From: Gemmatimonadota bacterium
GTDB taxonomy: Bacteria > Gemmatimonadota > Gemmatimonadetes > Gemmatimonadales > GWC2-71-9
Length of the DNA: 64,000 nt
Assembly (NCBI GenBank): GCA_039586365.1
Contig: JBDHKN010000006.1
Location: 96,001 to 160,000 of the forward strand
Direction: 5' to 3'
Position numbers and translations under genes: made by a program. Under the pieces are notes generated by a model, which saw only the letters and a list, made by a program, of their open reading frames with translations, made no database searches and had not been told where the DNA came from. Positions 1-9,049 of this stretch are shown piece after piece. The stretch's first letter is position 1. Each line of letters starts with the position of its first letter.

Positions 1-9
1 CGATCGCAA

Positions 10-348
10 CTAAGTCTGGCCGTGCGGGTGACCTAAATTCCTGGCAACGAGCTGTCCCCGGAGGTACAGAGCCAATAGATCGTCGACCTTTCCCGAGACC
101 CAAGAGATTACTTGAATGCCGTTGGCGCGTAGCGAGTCTTCGAAGATGTCCTGCACACCGCCGCAGATTATGATGTCGACTGCCTGGTCGCGTAGCAGCC
201 GTACACGGTCAAATGGCTCCCTACTGCAAAGCGTGAAGTCGATCTGGTCTACCACATGGCCATCCCGGATCGAGAAAATCGCCATGGTGCTGCAGTATCC
301 GAAGCACGGTGCCACGGCTTCTCCCATGCGGGGAATGGCGATTCTCAT
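10..348 (-). CDS. NifB/NifX (dinitrogenase FeMo-cofactor / orange protein ORP) family protein
   Basis: MRIAIP...VAPCFG N-terminus and 'VDIIICGG...GIQVISWVSG' motifs typical of the family; 112 aa. Confidence 0.85.
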   Translation of the reverse strand: MRIAIPRMGEAVAPCFGYCSTMAIFSIRDGHVVDQIDFTLCSREPFDRVRLLRDQAVDIIICGGVQDIFEDSLRANGIQVISWVSGKVDDLLALYLRGQLVARNLGHPHGQT

Positions 349-375
349 CTTGGCATCTCTCCGCAGCCTGCAGGG

Positions 376-391
376 GCAAGTCGCAAGCCAA
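376..391 (-). promoter_or_regulatory. sigma-54 -24/-12 promoter of the NifX-family gene
   Basis: Minus strand TTGGC-TTGCGAC-TTGC has exact GG-N10-GC spacing, about 28 bp upstream of the ATG, next to a sigma-54 activator gene. Confidence 0.7.
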
Positions 392-478
392 TCCTGCCGA
401 CTGGGTGGATTGCTGTGCTAGGTCTTTAAGGGATAAGGAGTTGTGTACATACTGAGTCGAGTGGAGCAACAGAGAGGC

Positions 479-526
479 GTTTCACAATTGGAATACGCTC
501 ACCGAGACCTATTCCAGAAGTGAAGC
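479..526. promoter_or_regulatory. Paired putative enhancer (UAS) sites
   Basis: GTTTCA-caat-TGGAAT (479) and ATTCCA-gaag-TGAAGC (511), 32 bp apart, about 90 bp upstream of the sigma-54 promoter. Confidence 0.5.
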
Positions 527-532
527 AATCGA

Positions 533-1891
533 TCAGTTGTCTCGGAACATATGCGCGTCGATACCATGCTTGGTTAGCTTGCGCCATAAGGTCGCGCGGC
601 TTACGCCCAACTCCGTTGCCGAACGACCTAGATGCCCTGCGTTGCGACTCAAAGCTGCCTGGATGGCATCAGCTTCCGCTCGTTGCAGTGGCGAATGGGG
701 TTCCGTACGGTGCATTGCCGTGCCACGCCGTCCCTTTGGCTGGAGTTCCTCCGGCAGGTGGTGGACCTCAATGGATCCATTGTGGCACAGGGCAAACCCG
801 TATTCGATCAAGTTCTCCAGTTCTCGCACGTTTCCGGGGAAGCTGTGCCGCATAAAGACCTCCATCACGGCTGAACTGACGCCTGATATGTTCTTACCGC
901 GTTTGGCATTGAACCGTGCAATGAAGTGGTCCACTAGGTACGGGATGTCTTCGCGTCGCTCGGAAAGCGGTGGTATTGCTAGCCGGACCACCGCCAGGCG
1001 GAAATAGAGGTCGTCACGGAACAGCCCACGGCTCACCAAATCAGAGAGCTTCCGGTTCGTGGCCGCCACAACGCGTACGTCCGCCTTTTGTGACTTCACG
1101 CCGCCTAGCGGTTCGTACTCACGCTCCTGGAGGATCCGCAGCAACTTGACCTGAATCTCCGGTGACAGATCTCCTATCTCGTCGAAGAATATTGTACCGC
1201 CCTCGGCCACAGCGATGCGGCCCGGTTTGTCTCTCTTTGCATCAGTAAATGCGCCTTGCTTGTAGCCGAAGAGCTCGGACTCAACGAGGTTGGTTGGCAG
1301 TGTGCCGCAGTTGACTACTACGTAGGGCTTCTTGCGCCGCGGACTCAGGTTGTGGATGGCCCTGGCCAGAAGTTCCTTGCCGGAACCGCTTGGTCCTTCG
1401 AGCAGTACCGTGCTTTCACTCTGGGCTATGTCCGGCAGGATGGCGAAGATCTTCTGAAAAGCTTCACTCTTGCCGATGATGTCCTCGTAAGTGTATTGAC
1501 TCTGAATTTCACGCCTTAGCTGTTCGATAGCCGACAGGTCACGAAATGTTTCGACCGCACCAAGGGCCTCACCGCCTTCCCGCCGCAGGACAGCGGTGCT
1601 GACACTGATGGGTATGGCACGGCCATTTGAGTTCAGGATCCTGGCCGGGCGATCGATGACCTCTCGTCTCGTTTCGAGGGTCTCTTTGATGGCGCAGCTC
1701 TGTTCGCAAATGTCCGCATGAAAAACCTCGGAGCACCGCTTCCCGATTGCGTCCCTGGCGGACACTCCCGTGATTCTCTCGGCTGCGTTGTTGAACGATG
1801 TGATGCGCCAATCGCCGTCAATCGTGAACACTCCATCTGCCACGCAGCGCAGGACTGTCTGGAAGAACTTCGCCTCGTTATCGGGTTCCAT
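533..1891 (-). CDS. PAS-domain sigma-54 enhancer-binding protein (OrpR-like, Fis-type HTH)
   Basis: PAS domain with C-X8-C-X3-C, Walker A GPSGSGKE, GAFTDA, DLYFRL, FPGNVREL, C-terminal HTH (LGVSRATLWRKL). Confidence 0.95.
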   Translation of the reverse strand: MEPDNEAKFFQTVLRCVADGVFTIDGDWRITSFNNAAERITGVSARDAIGKRCSEVFHADICEQSCAIKETLETRREVIDRPARILNSNGRAIPISVSTAVLRREGGEALGAVETFRDLSAIEQLRREIQSQYTYEDIIGKSEAFQKIFAILPDIAQSESTVLLEGPSGSGKELLARAIHNLSPRRKKPYVVVNCGTLPTNLVESELFGYKQGAFTDAKRDKPGRIAVAEGGTIFFDEIGDLSPEIQVKLLRILQEREYEPLGGVKSQKADVRVVAATNRKLSDLVSRGLFRDDLYFRLAVVRLAIPPLSERREDIPYLVDHFIARFNAKRGKNISGVSSAVMEVFMRHSFPGNVRELENLIEYGFALCHNGSIEVHHLPEELQPKGRRGTAMHRTEPHSPLQRAEADAIQAALSRNAGHLGRSATELGVSRATLWRKLTKHGIDAHMFRDN

Positions 1892-2036
1892 AGGCCCACC
1901 TTAATGGTCTGTGTTCAGTCGCAACATTGCATTCTAGCAACAATCAGTCCTGCAGTACAGGTGCACGTGCCGTCAGCCTATCTTATTGACCAATTTCAGG
2001 TTATGGTGCATGACCTCAAGGCATCGACCCCGTGAC

Positions 2037-2084
2037 GTCTCAATATTGTTACATGTGTTTTGCCTCTTGTTCCAATACTGAAAA
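2037..2084. promoter_or_regulatory. Second pair of putative enhancer sites
   Basis: GTCTCA-atat-TGTTAC (2037) and GTTCCA-atac-TGAAAA (2069), again 32 bp apart. Confidence 0.45.
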
Positions 2085-2250
2085 ATGCACCACAAGACGT
2101 CTCGACCGTCATATCACCGCATTGCGCGCGTGTCGACAGGCTCAACGAGGCGACGCCTCTGACGCGGACTGGCCCGTGAATCGGTTATCTTTTCAAGTTA
2201 GTGCTGGGCAAGCAAACCAGTGGGACAATCGCACAGGAGCTGAGGGCTTG

Positions 2251-2511
2251 ATGATGCACGAGATGACAACGTCGCTTGCTGCCGCCGAAGTTCTCGAGCG
2301 TGCCAAGTCGTTCTTCGCTGGGAGAGTACCGCACAGTGCAGCATTCCTTGAGAAGGAGGGGCGCGGATTCGCCACGTTCCGGGGGCAGGGAGGTGAAGAG
2401 ATCGCCCTTGCAGTCTTCGAGGGTCCGGATGGTGTTACGGTTCGCGCGTCCTCGATGTTGCATGAACAGGCGATAGGCCGCTTCTTCTCGACTCTTCCGG
2501 CTGCGGAGTAA
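2251..2511 (+). CDS. Small hypothetical protein (86 aa)
   Basis: ATG after a purine-rich RBS (AGGAG/GAGG); tightly coupled to the next ORF. Confidence 0.75.
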   Translation: MMHEMTTSLAAAEVLERAKSFFAGRVPHSAAFLEKEGRGFATFRGQGGEEIALAVFEGPDGVTVRASSMLHEQAIGRFFSTLPAAE

Positions 2512-2513
2512 GT

Positions 2514-2786
2514 GTGATGACAGCTTCTGAGCTCCAGGTTCGTGCCTGGGTCGAAGATGTGTGGGACACGGTTGTGATTGCCGCGGCACCCGATTGGACG
2601 GTGGCCCGGGTCAAGGCAGAGGCCGTAAGAGCCGCGACTGAGGTGGAGGCAAATCCCGACGGATACCAAGTCAAGCTGCACGGCGCATTGGTGTTGGACG
2701 AGACCCGTTCCCTCAGCGATCTGGGCGTTACGAATCGTACCACGTTCACGGTGCTCTCCGCCCGACGCAGACCATTCTTCCCGTAG
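2514..2786 (+). CDS. Ubiquitin-like (beta-grasp, YukD/EsaB-like) small protein
   Basis: Pattern 'PDWTVARVK...YQVKLHGALVLDETRSLSDLGV...TFTVL' parallels ubiquitin 'PSDTIENVK...LIFAGKQLEDGRTLSDYNI...TLHLV'; no C-terminal GG. Confidence 0.65.
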   Translation: MMTASELQVRAWVEDVWDTVVIAAAPDWTVARVKAEAVRAATEVEANPDGYQVKLHGALVLDETRSLSDLGVTNRTTFTVLSARRRPFFP

Positions 2787-2808
2787 GGGTTACGGAGAAT
2801 ACTCCTAG

Positions 2809-3717
2809 GTGCCGGCTGTGACGGTTCACGTCTACTGGCATCCGTTGTCACTCCGGCATGATGCGGGTCCAGAACATCCGGAATCGCCGGCACGGCTAGA
2901 AGCGATCCTGGCAGAGCTCAGATCGCCTTCCCTTGATCTGTCCATCAGTTGGCACGAATCGGATGCGGTTGAAGAGAGTCTCCTGCTCTCCGTGCATGCT
3001 TCGCACTACCTGGACCAGCTCCAAGAGCTGTGTGCCCGGGGTGGCGGACCACTCGATGCCGACACTGTGGCCAATGAACACAGCTACACGGCAGCAATCC
3101 ATGGCGCTGGGGCGGCAGTTGCAGCTGCTCAACGGGCCTTGGACGGAGAACCCGCCTTCGCGGCAATACGACCGCCGGGCCATCACGCCACGGCGGACAC
3201 GGCCATGGGATTCTGCCTCCTCAACAACGTGGTTGTGGCGGCCCGTTGGGCGGTGGGCCGGCTCGGCCTGGCAAGGGTGCTGATCATCGACTGGGACGTG
3301 CACCATGGCAACGGCACGCAGGCCCTCGTGGAGACTGAGGCCCGTATCCGCTACGTCTCGCTGCACCAGTGGCCACTCTATCCGGGGACGGGGCGCGCTG
3401 AGGAACGCGGCGTTGGCAATGTGTTCAATGTCCCCCGTCCTCCCGGGCTTCCGCGTGAGGCCTACGTAGCTGATTTGAACGCCGCCGTTGAGCAGGCAAC
3501 CGACGGTTGGATGCCACAGTTGATCCTCATCTCGGCCGGGTTCGATGCCCTGGCAAACGATCCTCTCGCCGGCTTCACACTGGAGCCGGAGGATTACGCC
3601 AGATGGGTGAGCCATTGGAGGGAGTTGGGCGCACCAATGGCGTCAGTTCTCGAGGGTGGCTACGTGCCCCGGCGCACTGCCGAGGCCACGGTCGCCCATC
3701 TGGTGGCGCTTGCATGA
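2809..3717 (+). CDS. Zn-dependent histone deacetylase family protein
   Basis: HPESPARL, RPPGHHA, GFC, DWDVHHGNG, SAGFD, EGGY motifs. Confidence 0.95.
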   Translation: MPAVTVHVYWHPLSLRHDAGPEHPESPARLEAILAELRSPSLDLSISWHESDAVEESLLLSVHASHYLDQLQELCARGGGPLDADTVANEHSYTAAIHGAGAAVAAAQRALDGEPAFAAIRPPGHHATADTAMGFCLLNNVVVAARWAVGRLGLARVLIIDWDVHHGNGTQALVETEARIRYVSLHQWPLYPGTGRAEERGVGNVFNVPRPPGLPREAYVADLNAAVEQATDGWMPQLILISAGFDALANDPLAGFTLEPEDYARWVSHWRELGAPMASVLEGGYVPRRTAEATVAHLVALA

Positions 3718-3743
3718 GCCGAACTCTACCGTAAGTTCGATCC

Positions 3744-4484
3744 ATGCCAAGCCGTCTGGCAGCCACAACCCTGCTCTCCGTTCTCCAGCCGTGGTCTGAC
3801 GTAGAGGAGCCGATCCACCGGCGCCTGGCCCAACTCGTCGATGCTGAGGAGGGCAGAGAAGCACTCTGGGTCGGATGCGGCTCGGGTCGCTCGGTGCTGT
3901 GGTGGTCGGAGCGGTTTCGCACGATCACCGAGGGAATCGACCCGGACGTCAGATCAATAGAGCAGGCGGAGGAACGAGCCCGCGGGGCAGGTCTGGCCAA
4001 ACTGGCGACTTTTCAGACCGCTGACCCTACAAACTTACCACACGAGGACCAGGTCTTCGATACGGTCATCGTTCATATGCTTCATCTTCCGCACAGCGAC
4101 GGAGAAAAGGTGATAGGTGAGGCAGCGCGCGTTTGCCGCCCGATGGGAACGGTGGTGGCATTAGTACCCTCGTGGTCGCAGAGCCCTCTGCAAAAGGAAG
4201 CTCAAATCATCCAAGGCCTGGGTCTATCTCCCTACGTCTCCGTGGAGTGGAAGAGCTTCTTCCGGGACGCCGGAGTTGTCGAGTTGAGTGTCGAAGAAGC
4301 GGCTACCGATGGCGGGTGGATCCTGCAGAGGCGATTTTCCCTGATAGTGCGGGGTTGGAGAGCCGCCGGCTGGCAGGGTGTACGTGCCGTACTGGGTCGG
4401 GAGGTGCGCACCCTGTGCCGCCTGGCTCGTCGCCGTGTACTTCGTTTTTCGATCATCAAAGGGACGCGCTGGCCGCACGGCTAG
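3744..4484 (+). CDS. Class I SAM-dependent methyltransferase
   Basis: WVGCGSG motif I, GIDPD, 'LPHEDQVFD', 'ARVCRPMG'. Confidence 0.85.
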   Translation: MPSRLAATTLLSVLQPWSDVEEPIHRRLAQLVDAEEGREALWVGCGSGRSVLWWSERFRTITEGIDPDVRSIEQAEERARGAGLAKLATFQTADPTNLPHEDQVFDTVIVHMLHLPHSDGEKVIGEAARVCRPMGTVVALVPSWSQSPLQKEAQIIQGLGLSPYVSVEWKSFFRDAGVVELSVEEAATDGGWILQRRFSLIVRGWRAAGWQGVRAVLGREVRTLCRLARRRVLRFSIIKGTRWPHG

Positions 4485-4508
4485 CGGGGTCTGTTGTCCA
4501 GGGCGTGC

Positions 4509-6926
4509 ATGATTCCCACCAGGTGCCTCGTCGCCCTTCCGATCCCCGCCCAACGGCCTTACGCTTACGCGATTCCGACATCCCTTGCCGATCGCGTCGT
4601 GCCAGGAGCCCGCGTAGTCGTGCCGGTGAGGACGCGCACTATGGTAGGGTTGGTGGTAGCTGTGGATGATGAGGGGGGTGACGATCTCAAATCGGTTCTT
4701 CTGGCGCCGGACCCCGAACCCCTCTTTCCCGCTTCCTTGCTGGAGCTGGGCAGCTGGATTTCGCGTTACTACACCACTCCAATCGGTCTCACCTTCCGTG
4801 CAATGCTGCCGTCGGCTTTGTGGGGAAGTTCCCGGCTAGTTGCCGAAGTGCGCGACAAATCGTCGGTAGCCGGTGGCGCCAGTAGGGACGTGATGTTGGC
4901 GCTTACACGCGCCGGTGGGCGCGCCTCCGCGACGACGCTTGCCAGGAAGCTGCGACGTCCCGTATGGGAAACGCTGCAGCGATTAGCCCGTACCGGTGCT
5001 GTTGCGCTAGAGACGGAACCGCCCAGTCTCGGGCCCACTGCTGGCTTTGAGCGCGTGCTGGTGTTGACGTCGGTCGTGCCGTCTCTGATCGAGCGTGATC
5101 GCGTATTCGGACGAGCCGAACGACAACGTGCCGCCTACGAGGCGGCTGACGCGCTAGGCGGTGAGGTTGGGATCAAGCACCTAACCGATCAGCTCGGCTT
5201 TTCTCGGGCCGTGCTCAACGGATTGGTCGATCGAGGGTTAGCTCGTTTCGAAGCACGGAAGAAGCTACGAGATCCATTTGGTGATGTTGTGGGCAGCACC
5301 CCGCCACGACTCACATCGGAGCAGACGGCGGCCACGAACGCAATCCGTGGGCTTCCTCCCTCGCACTGTGCCACGCTGTTCGGGGTCACTGGAAGCGGCA
5401 AAACTCTCGTCTATTTGGAGGCGTTCCGCGAGGAGGTCGAACGCGGTCGAGGGATCATCGTTTTGGTGCCCGAGATTTCCCTAACACCCCAGACTGTCGC
5501 GCGGGTTCGCGGAGTGTTCGGCGACAGGGTCGCAGTCTTGCACTCGGGCTTGTCTGACGCGGAGCGAGCCGACGCGTGGCGGTCGCTGGCTTCAGGACAG
5601 CGCCGTGTGGCCGTGGGTGCTCGGTCGGCGGTGTCTGCACCCGTGCAGAACCTCGCGGCGATCATTCTCGACGAGGAACATGATAGCAGCTACAAACACG
5701 GTGAGAGCCCACGCTATCATGCGCGCGACGTGGCATTGAAACGGGCCAGTTTGGAGAACTCGCGCGTGGTTTTGGTCGGTGCTACTCCCTCGCTCGAGAC
5801 GTGGGCGGCGGAGTACCGGGGGACCAGAGTTTCTCTGCCGAACCGGATTGGGGCTAAACCGCTGCCAGAGGTGACCCTGGTTGATATGCGGTCTGAGCCC
5901 CGTGTGAGTGAGAGCGGGAAGGTGCCGTGGTCCCACGCTCTGGACGATGCAGTGACATCGGAACTCGGTGGTGGCAACCAGATCATCCTGCTTCTGAACC
6001 GGCGGGGGTTTGCACACTTCCTTCAGTGCGAGACCTGCGGCAAGGTCTGGGACTGCCCGAACTGCAGCATCTCGCTCACGGTACATCGAACGCCGTCGAG
6101 GTTGCGTTGCCACTACTGCGGCTATGAGGATGTAGTGCCCCTCACCTGCAGTGACTGCAGCTCTACAACACAACGTGCGAGTGGTACGGGCACACAGCTG
6201 CTGGAGCAATGGTTGGCGGAACGATACCCTGCAGCCCGTTTGGCGAGGATGGATGCCGATACCACCACGGCCAAGTGGTCGCACCAGAAGATTCTCGACG
6301 CCGTCGCAGAGCGACAAGTGGACGTTCTCTTCGGCACACAGATGATAGCCAAGGGCCTTGACTTCCCCGGCGTTACGCTGGTGGGTGTCGTGGATGCCGA
6401 CACAGGTCTGCATCTTCCCGACTTTCGTGCAGCGGAGCGGACGTTTCAGCTGATCTCACAGGTGGCAGGGCGGGCCGGTCGTGGACCGAAAGGTGGGCGA
6501 GTACTGGTACAGACTCGGACACCTAACCACTACGCCCTCACTGCCGCCGCGCAGCACGATTACGAAGGGTTTGCGGCGTGTGAGCTCAGCGCGCGCCAGT
6601 CACCACCATACCCACCTCACGTCGGTTTGGTGAATGTGGTCGTGAGTGCACTCAGAGAAACGGACGCTGTGCGGGCCGCTTCGGACGTAGCAGATTGGTT
6701 GCGAGGCCTGGTAGCTACACGGGCCGAGGGAGCAGTGGACGTGATTGGGCCAGCTCCCGCGCCGCTCGCCCGGATCAAGCGGAGATGGCGGTGGCACATA
6801 CTCTATCGGGCTGTCGATCGAACCTTGTTGGATCGGGTGACGCGCTACGCGGCACACAGGGCCCCACATGCGAACAGTCATCGAGTTCGGGTGGTGTTCG
6901 ACCGGGATCCCGTTTCGGTTCTCTGA
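4509..6926 (+). CDS. priA: Primosomal protein N' (replication restart helicase)
   Basis: GVTGSGKT, LVPEISLT, DEEHD, Cys-rich zinc region, GTQMIAKGLDFP, QVAGRAGR. Confidence 0.97.
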   Translation: MIPTRCLVALPIPAQRPYAYAIPTSLADRVVPGARVVVPVRTRTMVGLVVAVDDEGGDDLKSVLLAPDPEPLFPASLLELGSWISRYYTTPIGLTFRAMLPSALWGSSRLVAEVRDKSSVAGGASRDVMLALTRAGGRASATTLARKLRRPVWETLQRLARTGAVALETEPPSLGPTAGFERVLVLTSVVPSLIERDRVFGRAERQRAAYEAADALGGEVGIKHLTDQLGFSRAVLNGLVDRGLARFEARKKLRDPFGDVVGSTPPRLTSEQTAATNAIRGLPPSHCATLFGVTGSGKTLVYLEAFREEVERGRGIIVLVPEISLTPQTVARVRGVFGDRVAVLHSGLSDAERADAWRSLASGQRRVAVGARSAVSAPVQNLAAIILDEEHDSSYKHGESPRYHARDVALKRASLENSRVVLVGATPSLETWAAEYRGTRVSLPNRIGAKPLPEVTLVDMRSEPRVSESGKVPWSHALDDAVTSELGGGNQIILLLNRRGFAHFLQCETCGKVWDCPNCSISLTVHRTPSRLRCHYCGYEDVVPLTCSDCSSTTQRASGTGTQLLEQWLAERYPAARLARMDADTTTAKWSHQKILDAVAERQVDVLFGTQMIAKGLDFPGVTLVGVVDADTGLHLPDFRAAERTFQLISQVAGRAGRGPKGGRVLVQTRTPNHYALTAAAQHDYEGFAACELSARQSPPYPPHVGLVNVVVSALRETDAVRAASDVADWLRGLVATRAEGAVDVIGPAPAPLARIKRRWRWHILYRAVDRTLLDRVTRYAAHRAPHANSHRVRVVFDRDPVSVL

Positions 6927-7021
6927 CGTCGGCTTGATGGTGGACCCGACCACCGGTATCTTGACACCCTCACGCTTGGCCGACATGGCATGCGTCATGT
7001 CTCGTAGAGCAGGCGCCGACA

Positions 7022-7522
7022 TTGACCCGGAGAATAGTGGGAACCACACTACTAGTTGGATCACTGCGTTCCCCTGGCCTGGGACTTGGCTGGGGTCAGA
7101 CAGCGCAACGCGTAGCCGAACACATGTCCCCAGGCGAGATCGATGGCATTTGGTTGTTTCCTCCAGTGCGGCGGGAAGAACGTGAGTGGGGTGTGGCAGT
7201 GGTATCGCGGCGGGCAGATGGTGAGCGACGGCGTATCTACACAGCTAGCTATATGTTCATCGTGCGAGGACGTGAACGAGGGCAGGGCAGAGTTGCGGTT
7301 GAGGAGGTTGGTGAGGGCCCCAAGGCGGTGGTGTCAGAAGTGATCAGGGGGGTGCAGGAGAGGGCAGGTGAAACGGAGCCGCCAGTAGAGATATCGCCCG
7401 AGCTATGGTACGATGTGCCCAACATTGAAGAGTCTTTGGGCGCAGGGGTCCTCCCCAGCGAGAATGATGTGGATCGAGGTGTTGATGCAAACCAGGGAAA
7501 CGGCTCGAGTCCGGGGGATTGA
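7022..7522 (+). CDS. Hypothetical protein (start uncertain)
   Basis: Open frame filling the gap between priA and pdaD, ending 3 bp before the next ATG. Confidence 0.65.
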   Translation: MTRRIVGTTLLVGSLRSPGLGLGWGQTAQRVAEHMSPGEIDGIWLFPPVRREEREWGVAVVSRRADGERRRIYTASYMFIVRGRERGQGRVAVEEVGEGPKAVVSEVIRGVQERAGETEPPVEISPELWYDVPNIEESLGAGVLPSENDVDRGVDANQGNGSSPGD

Positions 7523-7525
7523 GCG

Positions 7526-8086
7526 ATGATCCGCGCACAGACGTTTCTGCCTACCAGAGCCTTCCTAACCAAAGGCATTGGCCGTCATAAGGAGAAACTC
7601 ACTAGCTTCGAGATGGCTCTGCGCGAAGCAGGTGTGGCCCAATTCAACTTGGTGCGAGTCAGCTCGATTTGGCCTCCACATTGCCGTATGGTGTCTCGGA
7701 GTTCAGGTATCAAGAACCTCGTACCGGGTCAGGTGGTGTTCGCTGTCGTCGCGGAGGCCGCGACAGACGAACCTTCACGGAGGGCCACGGCGTCGGTAGG
7801 CCTAGCAATCCCAGCCGACCCGTCACACCACGGTTACATCTCGGAGTACCACGCATTCGGAGTCGGCAAACGGGTTGCAGGAGATTACGCCGAGGACTTG
7901 GCCGCAAGCATGCTGGCAACGGTGCTCGGTGTTCCGTTCGACCCAGAACAAGCATGGGATGAACGGAAAGAGGAGTGGTTGCTGTCGGGTCGAATCGTCA
8001 AATCGACAAACATCGTTTGTTCGGCTGAGGCACAGGACGACGGCAGGTGGGTCACCGTCGTGAGCGCTGTGGTGTTCTGCGGGTGA
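7526..8086 (+). CDS. pdaD: Pyruvoyl-dependent arginine decarboxylase
   Basis: 'LTSFEMALREAGVAQFNLVRVSSI' self-cleavage motif; GYISEYH. Confidence 0.93.
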   Translation: MIRAQTFLPTRAFLTKGIGRHKEKLTSFEMALREAGVAQFNLVRVSSIWPPHCRMVSRSSGIKNLVPGQVVFAVVAEAATDEPSRRATASVGLAIPADPSHHGYISEYHAFGVGKRVAGDYAEDLAASMLATVLGVPFDPEQAWDERKEEWLLSGRIVKSTNIVCSAEAQDDGRWVTVVSAVVFCG

Positions 8087-9021
8087 ACGAGTTCCGCGAC
8101 CGCGGACGCCCTGGAGGAATTCCGGCAGATCTCGCGGACCTGCCCTGGGCTGCTCCGGATTCATTTCTTGGGATTCCCAGCGGTGAAGCACCGTTCGCAG
8201 CATCTCCGGTAGTCATCCTGCCGGTGCCCTACGAGGCTACCGTCTCCTACATGGGGGGCACTCGTTACGGCCCGAGAGGTTTGCTTCACGCTTCACGGTT
8301 TGTTGAACTGTACGATCACGAGCTGGATTTTGAGCCGCACACTATCGGTGTGCACACCCTGCCTGAGTTGCTGCTTCCGGATGCCGGTCCAGAGCAGGCC
8401 CTCGCCGAGCTTCAACGTACCATTGGAGTTCTCTTAGATGTCGACAAGTTCGTCATCATGCTCGGTGGAGAGCACAGCGTGTCCGGACCAGCGATTCTGG
8501 CTCACGCGGACCGGATGCCTGCGGATTCGCTTTCAGTGCTGCAATTGGATGCCCACTCGGACCTCCGCTCCGAATATGAAGGCACCCCACTGTCGCATGC
8601 GTGCGTGATGTATCGGGTCCATGAACGGGTGAAACTGGTGCAAGTCGGCATTCGCTCACTCACCTCGGAGGAGCGAGACCTCATCAGAGCGGAGAACATC
8701 AGTGTCGTCTTTGGTCATGAGTTGGACGCGCAAGGCTGGATCGAGCGCACTGTACAGACGCTTGGTGAGAACGTCTACATTACGGTCGACGTCGACTACT
8801 TCGATCCATCCCTGATCCCGTCGACTGGGACTCCGGAACCTGGAGGAGGAAACTGGTATCCGACCCTCGAACTGTTAGAACGGGTATTTCGCGAGAAGAA
8901 TGTGGTGGGTTGTGACGTCGTTGAGCTGGCGCCGATTCCTGGGATGGTGGCGCCCGATTTCCTCGCCGCCAAGTTGGTGTACAAGCTGATTGCTTTCTAC
9001 GCCAAGCGTCGCGGGAACTGA
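8083..9021 (+). CDS. speB: Agmatinase
   Basis: GGEHS, DAHSD, DVDYFDP, TGTPEPGG, DVVELAP; GTGA overlap with the pdaD stop. Confidence 0.95.
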   Translation: MNEFRDRGRPGGIPADLADLPWAAPDSFLGIPSGEAPFAASPVVILPVPYEATVSYMGGTRYGPRGLLHASRFVELYDHELDFEPHTIGVHTLPELLLPDAGPEQALAELQRTIGVLLDVDKFVIMLGGEHSVSGPAILAHADRMPADSLSVLQLDAHSDLRSEYEGTPLSHACVMYRVHERVKLVQVGIRSLTSEERDLIRAENISVVFGHELDAQGWIERTVQTLGENVYITVDVDYFDPSLIPSTGTPEPGGGNWYPTLELLERVFREKNVVGCDVVELAPIPGMVAPDFLAAKLVYKLIAFYAKRRGN

Positions 9022-9049
9022 TACAGGCCTGTGATCGTTTGAGTCGGTG

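Noticed and set aside
10..348. Nitrogen fixation
   Set aside because: NifX-like domain only; no nifHDK in the window.
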